Shown here piece after piece: positions 38,275 to 50,330 of a stretch of DNA of 64,000 nucleotides. This DNA comes from Lama guanicoe. Taxonomy: Eukaryota. The stretch covers positions 8,963,367-9,027,366 of the forward strand of contig MU054220.1 of assembly GCA_013239625.1 (NCBI GenBank), written 5' to 3'. Position numbers and translations under genes: made by a program. A model generated the notes under the pieces. That model did not search any database. It was not told the DNA's origin and saw nothing but the letters and a program-made list of their open reading frames with translations. How positions within the stretch are numbered: position 1 is the first letter of the stretch; every line of letters begins with the position of its first letter.

Positions 38275-38450
38275 TGAAAAACACAATTTTTTGTAGTTAG
38301 AGATATCAGAATTCAAATCTCAGCTCTTTAATTTGCCCATAGATTTTAGAGAAATTCCCTAACCTCTCCGTAATTCAATTTTCTTACCTGTGAATTTCAG
38401 CTAAGAGTAACACCACTGTCTCAGAGTTTCTAAGATTGGGTGAGAAAAGC
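38275..38450 (+). mobile_element. MIR fragment
   Basis: attcaaatctcagctct...aacctctccgtaattcaattttcttacctgtga. Confidence 0.6.
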
Positions 38451-40084
38451 AGACACACAGCAGATATTCAAAGAGTGGTAGAATTTTATATATCGATTAG
38501 CTTGAACAAAGGGTTTACGATGTTAATGCTACTGGTTCACTCTTATAGGCTGTGAATTTCAGTGCTGTTTGGATTTTTCTTCTGGCTTGATTTTTTATTT
38601 GGGTTGAGCTCTTTGCAAATTATCTGTGAATGTTAAAGTAAAAAAATGTAGGATAATTCCTATTTATAATCCACTAATTTTAATCTCTCTTGTGTATAAA
38701 TAAAGAAAACACTACTACTCTTTCCTTTGTCATGATCAAGAATTGTGATAAATTTTCTTTTGAGTAAAAATATTGTATAATAACATCAAAGTATATTAGA
38801 TCAGAACGTTCTGATTCTATTGTCATTACACTGCTGATGTTTAACTTTAAGAAAAGTGATGAATTTTAATAAATGCTGCTTTTGTGATTCCACAGTGATT
38901 ACATCTGAAAAGAAATAGAGTTGAATTACAAGCATCTTCAGGTAGTATCTCCTGCTATTACTACATTTTTGTACATAAAATTAGAAGTCTGAATTTTCAG
39001 TAAATGGCACAGAATAGCCTGCTAAAGTAGTCAACTAGGAAAATCACATTTTAACATTTTTGACATTATATGATTTAAGTGACAAGGTAATTAAACTTTC
39101 TTCACTTTAAAAACATTTAGATAAGTTTTCTAAGTATCATAGATAACATAAACACAACTGGCAAGAGAGGGTGACCTACTTGAAAGAGAAACACTACTGA
39201 TTGGTTGAGTTTGGGTTATTTGGATTATTATCACAATTATAATTTAGGGCATAACAGTCCAAATATTTTTTGTAGTTTCACGTTTATGGACAATGACGCA
39301 ATCAACGAGTACCCAATAAGCCTGCTGTTTGAATGAATTAACATTTCACTGAAAATAATCAAAATATTTGTCATTGTATACCACGTTAATTAGAAAATAC
39401 ACATCTTATAAATCATAATATGTATTCCAATGAAAATACAGTCTTTAATTTAATTAAATGTAGTACGGTTAAGATAAGGAAAGATCAGAGATATAAATAT
39501 CTTTATATTAACTCCACAATCCAGCAAGCAGAAATATACTAGGGGGAAGTTCACTAGTATTAAAACAGAGCATGGTGGCAATTCCAAATCACTAATTAAG
39601 AAATTTCCTATTAGATATAATGCAGATAGGAACATATTAAAGGATATCCCGAGAGGCTTATACTTCTATTTCTAAGAAAGTTGCACAGCATTCCATGGAA
39701 TAATTAATTATAGGAGAACTCAGCAAAACTCACTAACAACCTATAAGTAGGCTGAGGGTTCAAGTTGAAGTTTGTAATTCCTAAAAAGACTCCTCGTGGA
39801 CTCAGGACAATTTACTTATGTAATTTTGCCTGGTCATATCTTTTGCCTATTTCCTTGTTGGATTATTTGCATTTTTCTTTATAGTATTTTAAGAATTCAT
39901 TATATTTGTCACATATACTACAAATATTTTATAGAATATCATTTATCTTTTTAATTTGGATATACAGGTAGTATACAGGCATTTAAATTTTTTTTTTCAT
40001 TTGTCACAATCAACACATTTGTGCAATTTTAAAAATAAAGAAAAATAAATCTGGAAGGAAATCAAATCCACTTTAATCAAATGA

Positions 40085-40400
40085 TTCACCATGTGAAATC
40101 CATCAATGGCTCCCAACCACAGAATTAAATTGGAGCATTCACAAGATGTCATGCAAGATCCTTTGCATCTGGTTTCTAGCTGCCTCACCAGCCACATCTC
40201 CAACAGCTCAAAACAACCACTGCAGCCACACTGCTGACCCCTCTCCTACCCAGGGTCCCCCCCCACATCTTTGCTCACTCCACCCCGTTTACTTGGCATA
40301 ACTGTCCTCTTCTCTCACTCACTTTCCATAAGCCTCGTTTAACATACTGTCCTGATTTCCGCCTCCTTGGAAAACTTACAGGAATTTTTATCCATGTGCT
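40085..40400 (+). mobile_element. L2 fragment
   Basis: catcaatggctccc...catgcaagatcctttgcatctgg...cagccacactg...ctttgctcac. Confidence 0.6.
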
Positions 40401-40829
40401 TCATTTGGCAAATAATCCCAGACTACATTATGTCATTTGTCTGTCTAGTTTTTTAATTACATACTTAACTAACTCATTAATATTCAGTACTCATTACATA
40501 ACACATTGCCATTCCAAGTATTACTTTACTTCATGCAGCATACTTTAACTACTTTGTAGCAGTTGTTACTATTTTGGAATCCGAAATACTTTTAAAAGAC
40601 TTTTAAGATTTATTTTTATAACTTATACTATAATTACAATTTGGTAGTGGCCATGATCTGATTAATATCAATTCCTTGATATTTGGTGAGGCTTTTTTTT
40701 ATAGACCAATCTGTGGTTAATTTTGGCATATATTGCTTGTGAACTTGAATTTTTTTCCCTCTCCCTGTTCACTGAAGACTATTCTGATTCCCTCTTTTAG
40801 TATTTTAAAAAATTTTTTAAAACTCCAAC

Positions 40830-41290
40830 ATATGAATACCTTGTAAGCCATCACTTCCACTCTTACAAAAAGGAAAAACAGCTAAACAAAAGGGAAATTG
40901 GTGACTGTTGTTGGATACATCAGAGACCTGAGACTGCAGGGCCAACTACTAGCCCCAAATCTGGAGAGAAGGGTGGAGAGAGTCAGGGCTTTAATCTGCT
41001 GATCTGGAGCAGCACCTGCAGGAGCCAGAAGCCGGGAGAACACCTGAGTAGTAACTTTGAAGAGCTGCTGGAGGCCGAGTATGGACTAGTGTAAATTTTT
41101 TTAAAATTCCTGGTGATGAAAACATAGGAGGCTCCCACACTTTTGTGGTTTTGTCTTATAGAACCCAATCAAGTTCTCAGAGTGAAGAGGCAAGAAAGAT
41201 CATCTCACAGAGAACAGAACGCAGCACCTCTGAGGGTGGCGGAGGGAGCATGGATAGTTGCCCCGTTCTCTGTCCTACTGAGCTGGGAGT
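40830..41290 (+). mobile_element. Old L1 5'-region fragment
   Basis: catcacttccactcttacaaaaagg...cagagacctgagactgcagggccaac...ccccaaatctggagaga...agttctcagagtgaag. Confidence 0.5.
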
Positions 41291-41359
41291 TTAGGTCAGG
41301 ACTCTCTGAGGCACGCACCTCAGATTATCTTCATGTAATAATTTTCAAAGTTGTCTGCG

Positions 41360-41490
41360 TGGTGGAGCTGTTAGCTAACACTCCAGAGGTAATCATGTCA
41401 CAGTATATAAATGTATCAAGTCAACACATCCTACACCTTAAACGTACACCATGTGATGTGTCAGCTGTATCTCAATTCAAAAAAAAAGAA
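41360..41490 (+). mobile_element. L1 extreme 3' end with poly-A
   Basis: ggtaatcatgtcacagtatataaatgtatcaagtcaacac..tacaccttaaac.tacac.atgtgatgtgtcagctgtatctcaat then A-tail. Confidence 0.85.
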
Positions 41491-44079
41491 CATTTCCTAG
41501 TTAAGAGAAGTGCACAGAAAAGTTCAGTGTCTGAAACATTCAGAAAAACTGAACAATCATTACAAAATGAATTACTAACAATTCCAATCCACCAAAATCG
41601 GTGCAATGCATATGCTTCAAATTCAAATACACTCTAGTGTCCTTCAGCTGTCCGAAAATGGCCACTCCAAATGATTGCTTTGTGGATAATTCCAGTTTTA
41701 TTATCTAGACATATTAAAGAGTTTACAGATTTACATATTGAAGCTTCAGCCTCGGGCTGCAGTGACTTATTGCTATGTCATGGCTCATATCCTTTCTTTA
41801 ATACTGTGTTTCCTAGAGATACAACCGATCAAATCACAAGCTGTATGTCACTGCTGTCACTAGTCAAGGGACTCAGAATCCAGGGGTCAGATTTGTTCTT
41901 CAAGGACTTCTGCTACCAGTGGAGGCTCATGCCTTCATCAATCACTTTTCTTTTTTATAGGGTTTTTTCTTATTGTAATTTTAACATCACTAACATAATT
42001 TTTCTTAATCATAGGTTTATTATTCACGTCACCCTCATTTAGCAGAAACTAAAAGTTAGTGGGAGAAATTCAGAGCTTAGATACTGGAAAAACAGCAAAT
42101 AAGAGTCTTTTGAAAATTTAGATTACACATACACACACACACAATTAACAATGACACCTTACAATTTCCTTAAACTATAATTGAATTTTCCATTGAGTCA
42201 TCATTCTTTTCCTCTGGGAAGCAAGGTGGTCCTGCCTGTTTGTTTTTGTGCTTGCATTTGTGTGTTAGGCGTATTGTGTGCCTGGAAGGGAAAAATAGAG
42301 GATTCTTAAAAAACTGAGTACACAGGACAGAATAAACCCTGAGGATGAATATTCAGGAAAAATTGTAAGTTTACAAATACAAAATTGAAAATAATTTATA
42401 GAAATGGAACAATAACCTTAATATAGAAAACCTATTTGGGAGTAAAGGCACGCGGGAGGAATGGCCATGTTCACAGGCAGGGACTAGAGGTGCAAGAAGG
42501 AAAGCTACTCCTCACAGATAAAGGGATTTGTCGCAGGAGGATTCTGCCTGTACCCATTTAGGAAAAAAAAAATCAAAAAACTGTATTTCTAACCATATGA
42601 TGACCCCTCTCCCCATACCTCCATCCCTGAGATGCACAGAGGACTGGACTTCAAATGGGGAGAGACGGCAGCAGGACCAAGTCAGACATGCAGCAACACG
42701 AGTTAGATTGTTTTCTGTCAGGGATTTCAACTTAGAAGCCGTAACTGGGGGAGCTGCTTTCTGTTCTGCCATACTACATACTCAGGAAGAGAAAGTGGGT
42801 CAACAGAGCAGAGCATGAAAACGTAACAGACAGAAGCAGAGAAAAGGAAAAAAAAAATGTACCAGATAAAAGATGAAGGGAGTCCCTTATGTCAGCTCAG
42901 TTCTGCATTTTCTACAATTGTTTCTGTGAGAAGTTCTCGTATTTTTATAATAAAGGATCATGTAATAAAGAAGAGGATGTTTAGTGTTACTATTTGGATA
43001 GCTAAGGAATGAATAAATATGTCCCTCTGCATTTTTTTCCTGAAACACAAGAAACATGTTTCTGTGTTTGAACACCTTTCTGTTAAAATATGTTTACTGT
43101 TGAAAAAAAGAATTAACTTGGGGGATAGACCTTCCCTTTTGTTTTTCTATTTTTCTATGTTGCATTTTTTTATATCTACGGGATTATCTTTGAATTGGTG
43201 TTATAGACCATCGATGCATTTTAAATACCAATAAAAGCTTCCTTTTTAAATGTGAAGTTGATCTGTCTCATAACAATTAATTAATCTGTAATTAGGAAAG
43301 GCAGATAAGTGCACATTGGTTCTATGCTTTTATCTACTGGGTCTACCTAACGTTACTGAAATGCTAACATTCTGATATGAGAAAACAATTAATTTGCAAA
43401 TCAAGTGTGAGTAAACTAAGTTTCTAACCCTGGTAAATCTTTCCCATTCGACTGGGCTGGGGTATAGAGATGCTGGAACAATGGTCAATGTATTTTCTCA
43501 GCATTTCTGCAAGTTGATTACTCAAGGTATGTTAAAGCAATTTTGATCGAACAATCATTTAAAATGTTTCTCAAACTGAAAATTGCAGGCTTGGCTTACA
43601 CCACATACAGCAGTCATGTGAAATATATTTCCCTGAAATTGAAAGAGTCAGACCCGATACTGGTGACTTGGCAATTATCAGAGAGATGACAGAACATGAA
43701 TACCACACGGAGCCAGTTTTCAAGCTGTTTTCATTCCAGCAAGACAGCTGTGTTTGCCAAGGTCCAGCACAGAGACTGGGTGGCCTGTCTTCCTTCACGT
43801 CCCATTCTTGCCCCATGGCAGACATCACTACGAATTATGACAAATGGTTTTGACGAGTCTAGGTGCCGCCTCGGATTCCCTTTCAACACTTTGCAAGAAA
43901 AAACTAATTTGCCATCCCTACTTAGGCTACAGTTTTTATCTAACTACGGTTTGGGGGTCTAAGCAGAAGGTCACGTGTGTTTGACGTTAGCTATAAATAG
44001 TGAAGTATGTTTTGATCATTTTTGTCTTAAGCACTTATTTCATGAGCATATTACCATTTCCATTATTACATCAAGGAAA

Positions 44080-44340
44080 GGCTAATAATAACAATGTTGA
44101 AAATAAGTGCTACTACTTAATAAGTGCCCAGTATGTCCCAAGCACTGTACTAAGTCCTTTACCATGTCTACCTCGTTTAATCCTAACAGGAATTCTATGG
44201 GAGAGGAACTGGTACAACCACCTGTACAGAGGAGGAAACCCAGACGTGAAGTGACATGCTCAAGATGATTGACAAATTCTCTGACGGCCAGTATTTCATA
44301 GCAAGTTGCTCTGACTCCAAAGGTTACCTTCTTAACGGTT
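44080..44340 (-). mobile_element. MIR SINE
   Basis: agtgcccagtatgtcccaagcactgtactaagtcctttac...tttaatcctaaca...tacagaggaggaaacccagac. Confidence 0.8.
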
Positions 44341-47300
44341 CTGCTAAACCGGTTCTCGCTCTTGGACACAAAGCCTGGCGTTCACAGGCTGACTGTCCTC
44401 TGCTGAGAAAGTAGCATGGCGATGACCTCATTGCGTAGCACTTGAGAGGAGTACTTTCTCATTAATTAAGGAAAATTCCCTTCTGGCAAGTACAGTCCCC
44501 ATTGTAATGAAAGCACAGCACTGTTCTGCAATTTAATCGGGATGCTTTCAGCTCTAATGGCGAAGAAGGCGGCAGCTCTGAGTCATTACTTACTGCCACG
44601 CTCAGTTATTGGAATAATCATCAACCATGGAGGGCCACATTCTTTACTTCAGGTGCCAGAGCAAAAATAGTACTTCCTTCCCTTTTAACCTGAACTGATC
44701 TGCTTATTAATCAGTGACTATTGATTTTAGAACAGTGGTTATAGCTTGGGGTCTATCAAAGAGGGAACAGTGGTCCATGTTATACTAATCACTTCCAGAG
44801 CCGAATGGAAATGGTTCAAATAGCTGTAACTAAAGCTTCGTAGATGAATGAAGATATCAGATGCCCTTAATTTTGATAAGGACTATATCAAATCAGTGTG
44901 GTCATTGTAAACTGTAACCCCAAAGCTGGATGTATTTCCTCCAAACAAATAAGGGGTATAGGCACCTTCTGACAGCACTCACATTTCTGCTTACAAATGT
45001 CTCCATCCCATATGACACCATCACTTTTCACTTGTGCTGAAGATGTCAAAAGGAAATGAACCATAAAGTCTTACCCTAATGGCTTTCATGTGAAGGTCAA
45101 TTTATTAATGCATTAGAGCGACAATATATGGCAGAATTACCCAGTGAAACCCAAGAGGCTGGGCTCCCGATCTCCTAGTCTGAAAGTCAACATTTAGATA
45201 GAAATGACACTGCCTGCTTCTCCCTCCATTCCCACTTGTGGGGCAGAAGGCACCAGGATTTAATGAGGATATATTATGTGGAAAGAATTATGTAAGACTT
45301 GAAGTTACTCTCTCATTTATCCCCTACAACAACCTAGTAAAGCAGGTACCATCATTATCCTTGGATGAGGGAAATAAATAACTGGGACACAGGTTCACAG
45401 TCAATAAATGGCTGAGTTGGTATTTACACCAGTTGAATGTGCTGCCCGGAATGTCACAGTGTGGGGCATTTCCAGTGGTTCCAGATGCACTTCCCCTTCA
45501 TTTACTTGTCTCCCTATGTCACGCTGGTTAAGATACTAATTCCTAGCATCTTCATTTTGTCAGTGCATAGACTGTCTCTTGAATTTGGACTGTGACTTTC
45601 CATACAAGAACATTTCCCCTTGTTGCAAATAAAGCAACACTGTTATCTTACTCCAATGAAGCCCCAATACTTTACTGATACTCTATTCCACCCTATAAAG
45701 AAGGATCATTTGGGTACATAAAACTTGCAAAAATCCAGAGCATTATCTGGGATTTACATCTTTCAATAGAAATTTGATTATTAAAAAAACAAAACAAAAA
45801 CAAAAACAAAAACAAGACCAAGGTAAAGGCTCTTGACAGGAAGAAATAAGAAAAGCAAGTTTCTGTGCTACCAGACACTACAGGACTCTGAGTTATGTAG
45901 TTTACTTCTTCCCACGATTACTTTGTAGTACAGCACGTGAGATTTTAGCTGAATACTCTAAGTTGGTTCCGTCACTCCCTTGATAGTGTGGTGTAAGGAA
46001 TGAAGTTTGAGATCAGAAAGAGATCTGAATCCTAACTCCATTACTTAAAAGGTGTGTGCTCGAGGAACTCATCACTCCCTGGATTGAGTGGTAACTGTCT
46101 CCTTCCAAAAAACAAACAAAAAAATCAATTCCGAAAAATTACCAAAAATGTGATATCAAAAAAGATGAATCAGTAACTACTGGTAATTTTCTAATATATC
46201 TTCAACAACGCCCAACAGGCAGACACACAACAATCACTTCACTTCATAATTTTCCCCTCTTCTCTCATTCTTCATATACTTTCTCTCACAAACTATTAGA
46301 CTTACTTATGCCACCTGTACCTAATTTTCTTCTTTGAAACTCTTTTGCATCTGTCTTTAGACCATGGCCTCTGCTCTTATCTCTTAAAAACCCTTAGTAG
46401 ATTAAAAACAATTATGTTTATTAAAAAAATATTTTCCAAGCTACGAAAAAAAACACAAAAGCAATATCAAAATATGATAAGGAAAATCCTCACAAACACT
46501 ACAACTGGATAACTTACTTCCGAATTGCAATTTGAGCAAAATCTGAAAGTCACATTTCCTTTAGAGTCATACCTGCAGCAATAAATATATTAATAGAACA
46601 ACTGCTTAAAACTGAAAACTCAATCTCGGTTTTATGAAATCCTAGGGACAATCATATTGAATATAGAGAAATAAGCTTTTTAATCATTCTGTCCCAAATG
46701 GAAATTACCCCCAGGGTACAATGGAAAAATGTTAAGAAATTAAGTCTTCACATAAACGGAGGTGGGAGTCAGGGAGGTGATGATTCAGTTGGACAAGAGT
46801 TTCTTATGTTGTTGAAAAATAAAATGACATGTTAACAAAATTTATAAAACTGACTTTACTTACTATTATATTCCAGGGTTGCTCCTGTTGGTGAGAGTTA
46901 ATTTATGACATAACCTATCACTCAATAATAGTAAATGTTGTTTTTCTGTTGACATAATAGGGAAGAGGAACCTAATTGCATTACTATACCCATAACTCCC
47001 ACCCCCACTACACCCCGGCAGAGTGTCTTTAACATTTCTCTCAGGAAATTCTTATTTTTCTGTGTTTTTTTTTTCTTTCTGTTTTATTTGTGAAATTCAT
47101 GGGTATTTTTCTAAGACTACTGGGCATCATTATCACAATGTGAGTCAAATAACCAATGAAAAACCTCTGGCGTAATTGTCAATATACAATGTTTGAAGTG
47201 GGCAACAGTACCCTCTTCATATAGCTGTAGTAAATATTATGTATTTTATTCCAATACAAATGCTTAGATTATCTTGCACCTCATATCCATGCAAAACTTT

Positions 47301-47668
47301 TCAATATTAGTATTTTAATTTTACACAGTAAAATAACTCTATTAGTAAAGGTGAAACCAGAAAAGCTCAGTTAAAATAATTTTGTAGACATATCAAAATG
47401 TCATGGACCTCCCTAAAAGGTGATGGAAAGAGACCAACTGGCAGGATTAGGGGATGTTTCTGACCAACTCAGAGGTAGCTCAGTTGTCTTTTGTATGCTT
47501 AGTTCCCACATCTAGAGTTAGGGTCCAAGTGTGATGTGCACTGAAACACTGCTCTACTTTTGTCAAAAGTCACTGCATTTTTCTCATGAGAGGACACACC
47601 GATCAGATTCTTTGTTCTCAATGCATTACCAAAAGCACATTATGGACTTTCCCTTAGAATGTAAATAT

Positions 47669-47756
47669 GGTCTTACCTTTAGTCTCAATAGCTTTATCAA
47701 GTGTTATTTTCATGAGGTCTTACCTTTAGTCTCAATAGCTTTATCAAGTGTTATTT
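47669..47756. repeat. Perfect 41-bp direct repeat with 6-bp spacer
   Basis: ggtcttacctttagtctcaatagctttatcaagtgttattt at 47669-47709 and 47716-47756; spacer tcatga. Confidence 0.97.
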
Positions 47757-47859
47757 AATTGGTAAGTTCTGATATTCTGCTGTCATGATAATATGACAGG
47801 AATATATTCAAAAGTTTAAGGCTCTGCCCTGCCAGGTCTCTTTAAATGCATTTTCAACT

Positions 47860-48446
47860 GGTGTTATACTGATGACACAACAAATTGTTAGGGGAAAAAA
47901 AAAAACCTCAGCAGCTTAAAACAATACAAAGCTCTGATTTTATAGGTCTGAAGACATAAATCTCACTGGGATAAGATCAAGATGGCAGCATGGCTAAATT
48001 CCTGTGTGGAGGCTCCAGCTGACAATCTGACCCTTGCTCATTCAGGTCATTGGCGGAATTCAGCTTCTGCTGGTTGCAGAACTGAGATCCCTAGTTTCTT
48101 GCTGGCTGTCAGCTGAAGTCAATATCTAGATTTTAGCGGTCTATTCCACAATCCTTGACTGGGGGCTCCTTCTTCTGTCTTCAGAACTAACAGTGCTGAC
48201 CGAGTCTCTTTCATGCTTTGAATCTCACCGGCCTTTACCTCTATCTTCCAATTTTAAGGGCACGTGTAGCTGTATTGGGCCCACCCAAATAACTTTGGAA
48301 AAATCCAAAGATAATCTCTCAGTTTTAAAGTCTGTAACCTTAATTCCCTCTGCATAGTTTCTTTTGCCTCATAATGTAACATAGTCACAGACTCCTTGAA
48401 CTATAACATGGATATCTTCGTGGAACCCATTATTCTGCCTGCCACA
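47860..48446 (-). mobile_element. MaLR LTR (MLT1E-like)
   Basis: cagcagcttaaaacaatac...tcattcaggtcattggcggaattcag...tttcttgctggctgtcagc...ttgggcccaccc...atgtaacatagtcacag...ccattattctgcctgccaca. Confidence 0.88.
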
Positions 48447-48759
48447 CTGATTAAATATCTTCTAGTTTCTCTAGACAGAAAGAATGTGTTGTCCAAGTAC
48501 TAGAAGCAGACAGTTTCATCCATAAAAGCTAACCAAAATGATGCAACATGAGAATCTAAGAGAAGGGAACTGTGGATTCTGTCAAGCTTTTAAGTCTATA
48601 TTTAGAGCTGAGTTTGTCAACATTCTAAAAGCAGTTAAGCAATGTGCTGAATGTTTGCTTCACTTACCAAAGGGTTATGTGTGCAATGTAATCAGAGACA
48701 AGACTGTCTAATCCATCTAACAACTATTTCAAGGGATGGCTCATACCAAAGAAACACTA

Positions 48760-48940
48760 TTTACCGAGTATTCACATCAGACAAGGTACCGTTCTAAGTA
48801 CTTTATATGTAATCCTCACTGCCACCAGGGGTAAGCTCTGTACTTTTTAATACCACTTAAAAGATGAGGAAACTGAAGGGCAGAAAATTTGTACACTCAA
48901 TAATGAGCTGAGCTAATATTTAAAAACAGGAAGACCACCT
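48760..48940 (-). mobile_element. MIR fragment
   Basis: ttctaagtactttatatgtaatcctcac...aagatgaggaaactgaagggcagaaa. Confidence 0.7.
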
Positions 48941-48945
48941 CCAGA

Positions 48946-49153
48946 TCAGCGATGACCAGCACAGCTTTCAGTGATGATGGAAATGTTCCTGTCAGCGCTG
49001 TCCCGTAAGGGAAACACTATCCACATGTGGCAACTGAACACTTGTAACGTGGTTAGTGTGACTGAGGAACTGAACTTGCAACTGTATTTAATTGTAATTA
49101 GCTGTAATTTAAAGAGCCTCATGCGGCCAGTGGCCACCATACTGGCTAGTGTT
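48946..49153. mobile_element. MER3-like hAT MITE
   Basis: ctttcagtgatgatggaaatgttc...ccacatgtggc.actgaacacttg.aacgtgg.tagtgtgactgaggaactgaa...cagtggccaccatactgg. Confidence 0.9.
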
Positions 49154-49499
49154 AACTCCAGGGCTCCCCCCCGCCTTACAGAACAGCCTTAAGAAAGCAC
49201 TTGCCTGCTTCTTGGTTCATCTTTCACAAACATATGCACTGCAGTTCACGCTATCCTTCGCATATCTGAGTTTAGAAAAAGAACAATTCCAGCATTGTAA
49301 ACAGCTTAATTTAACAGTTTATCTCTTGTAATGATTTGTGGAAGCAAAAGAGAAATCTGCTTGACAGACCATTTTATCTTGTCTTCCACCTCCGTGTAGG
49401 TGAGAGAAATCACTTGTGGTTAATACACAGTGTTCTGTAATGTAACACCATGATATAAATTAGCACTGGTTTTCTCTGCAAATGTAAATTGCCTTTTCT

Positions 49500-50330
49500 T
49501 TCCTTTCTTTCTTTTTTTTTTTTGCTTTATTGTGGAAAATTTCAAACATAATACAGAAGTCGAGATAACAGTATATTGAAACATCATGTCCCCATTACCC
49601 AGCTTTAAAAATTATCAGCTCATGGCTACCTTTATGTCTTCTTTACTCCTGCTCATGAGACAAAGCATATGATACGTTTTCATTGATTAAAATTATTATC
49701 TTAATTGATGCTCAAATGGTCCCACTTTTGGTTAGTGAGAGACTATTCAATTAGACAATGAATTCTTTTATGATCTCTATTTTACTGTAATAAAACATAA
49801 TTTTATTCATATTTAGATTCACTTATTTCATCTAACTTTTAGTGTTAGTGATTTTTTAATGTAAGTTACTTTTATAATAATATAAAAAATCCACAGGGTT
49901 GTGAAATGAAATAGGAAAAGAAGGTATGTTAAAAACAACCTGTATCCCCGTCCCCTCTGCCCTATTTTTATTTCCCCTTTGGGTAACTGAGTAGGGTTTT
50001 TATTGCAGGGTGTACCTTCCCACTAAAAATATATAAACTACATACATGCATTCATTTTTTTTCCAGTCTTGGATAAAACTATAGGTTAGCAGACACACTT
50101 TCCTCCTCCTTTCTTTACTTAATATTTCCTGGCAATCATTCTGCAGTGACATACAGATTCCTTCATTCCTTTTGTTAGAGATGCACAGCACTTCATGGTC
50201 TGGATGGACTATACTTTATTCAAAAAGGTCTCTATGGATGGATATTTGGTTTTTTCACAGACTTTTACTATTTCAAATAGTTCTGCAATTAACAGTGTTG
50301 TTCATAAATCTTTTCATATTTCCCATACAT
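49500..50330 (-). mobile_element. Old L1 (L1MC/ME-type) 3' fragments
   Basis: ttattgtggaaaatttcaaacata...cccattacccagcttt...; cttcattcctttt...tatggatggatatttggttt. Confidence 0.6.

Noticed and set aside
41143..41637. 164-aa plus-strand ORF
   Set aside because: Spans two unrelated L1 relics and a poly-A tail; not a coherent protein.
42512..42772. 86-aa ORF starting MAEQKAAPPVTASKLK
   Set aside because: The N-terminus looks plausible, but there is no promoter or CpG context, no convincing donor site and no recognisable homology.
46518..46572. Other isolated minus-strand AG/GT units (here 55 nt, YDSKGNVTFRFCSNCNSE; similar ones near 23381-23444, 32.5 kb and 43.6 kb)
   Set aside because: Splice signals are only moderate and the peptides are unrecognised; this density is expected for pseudo-exons in 64 kb.
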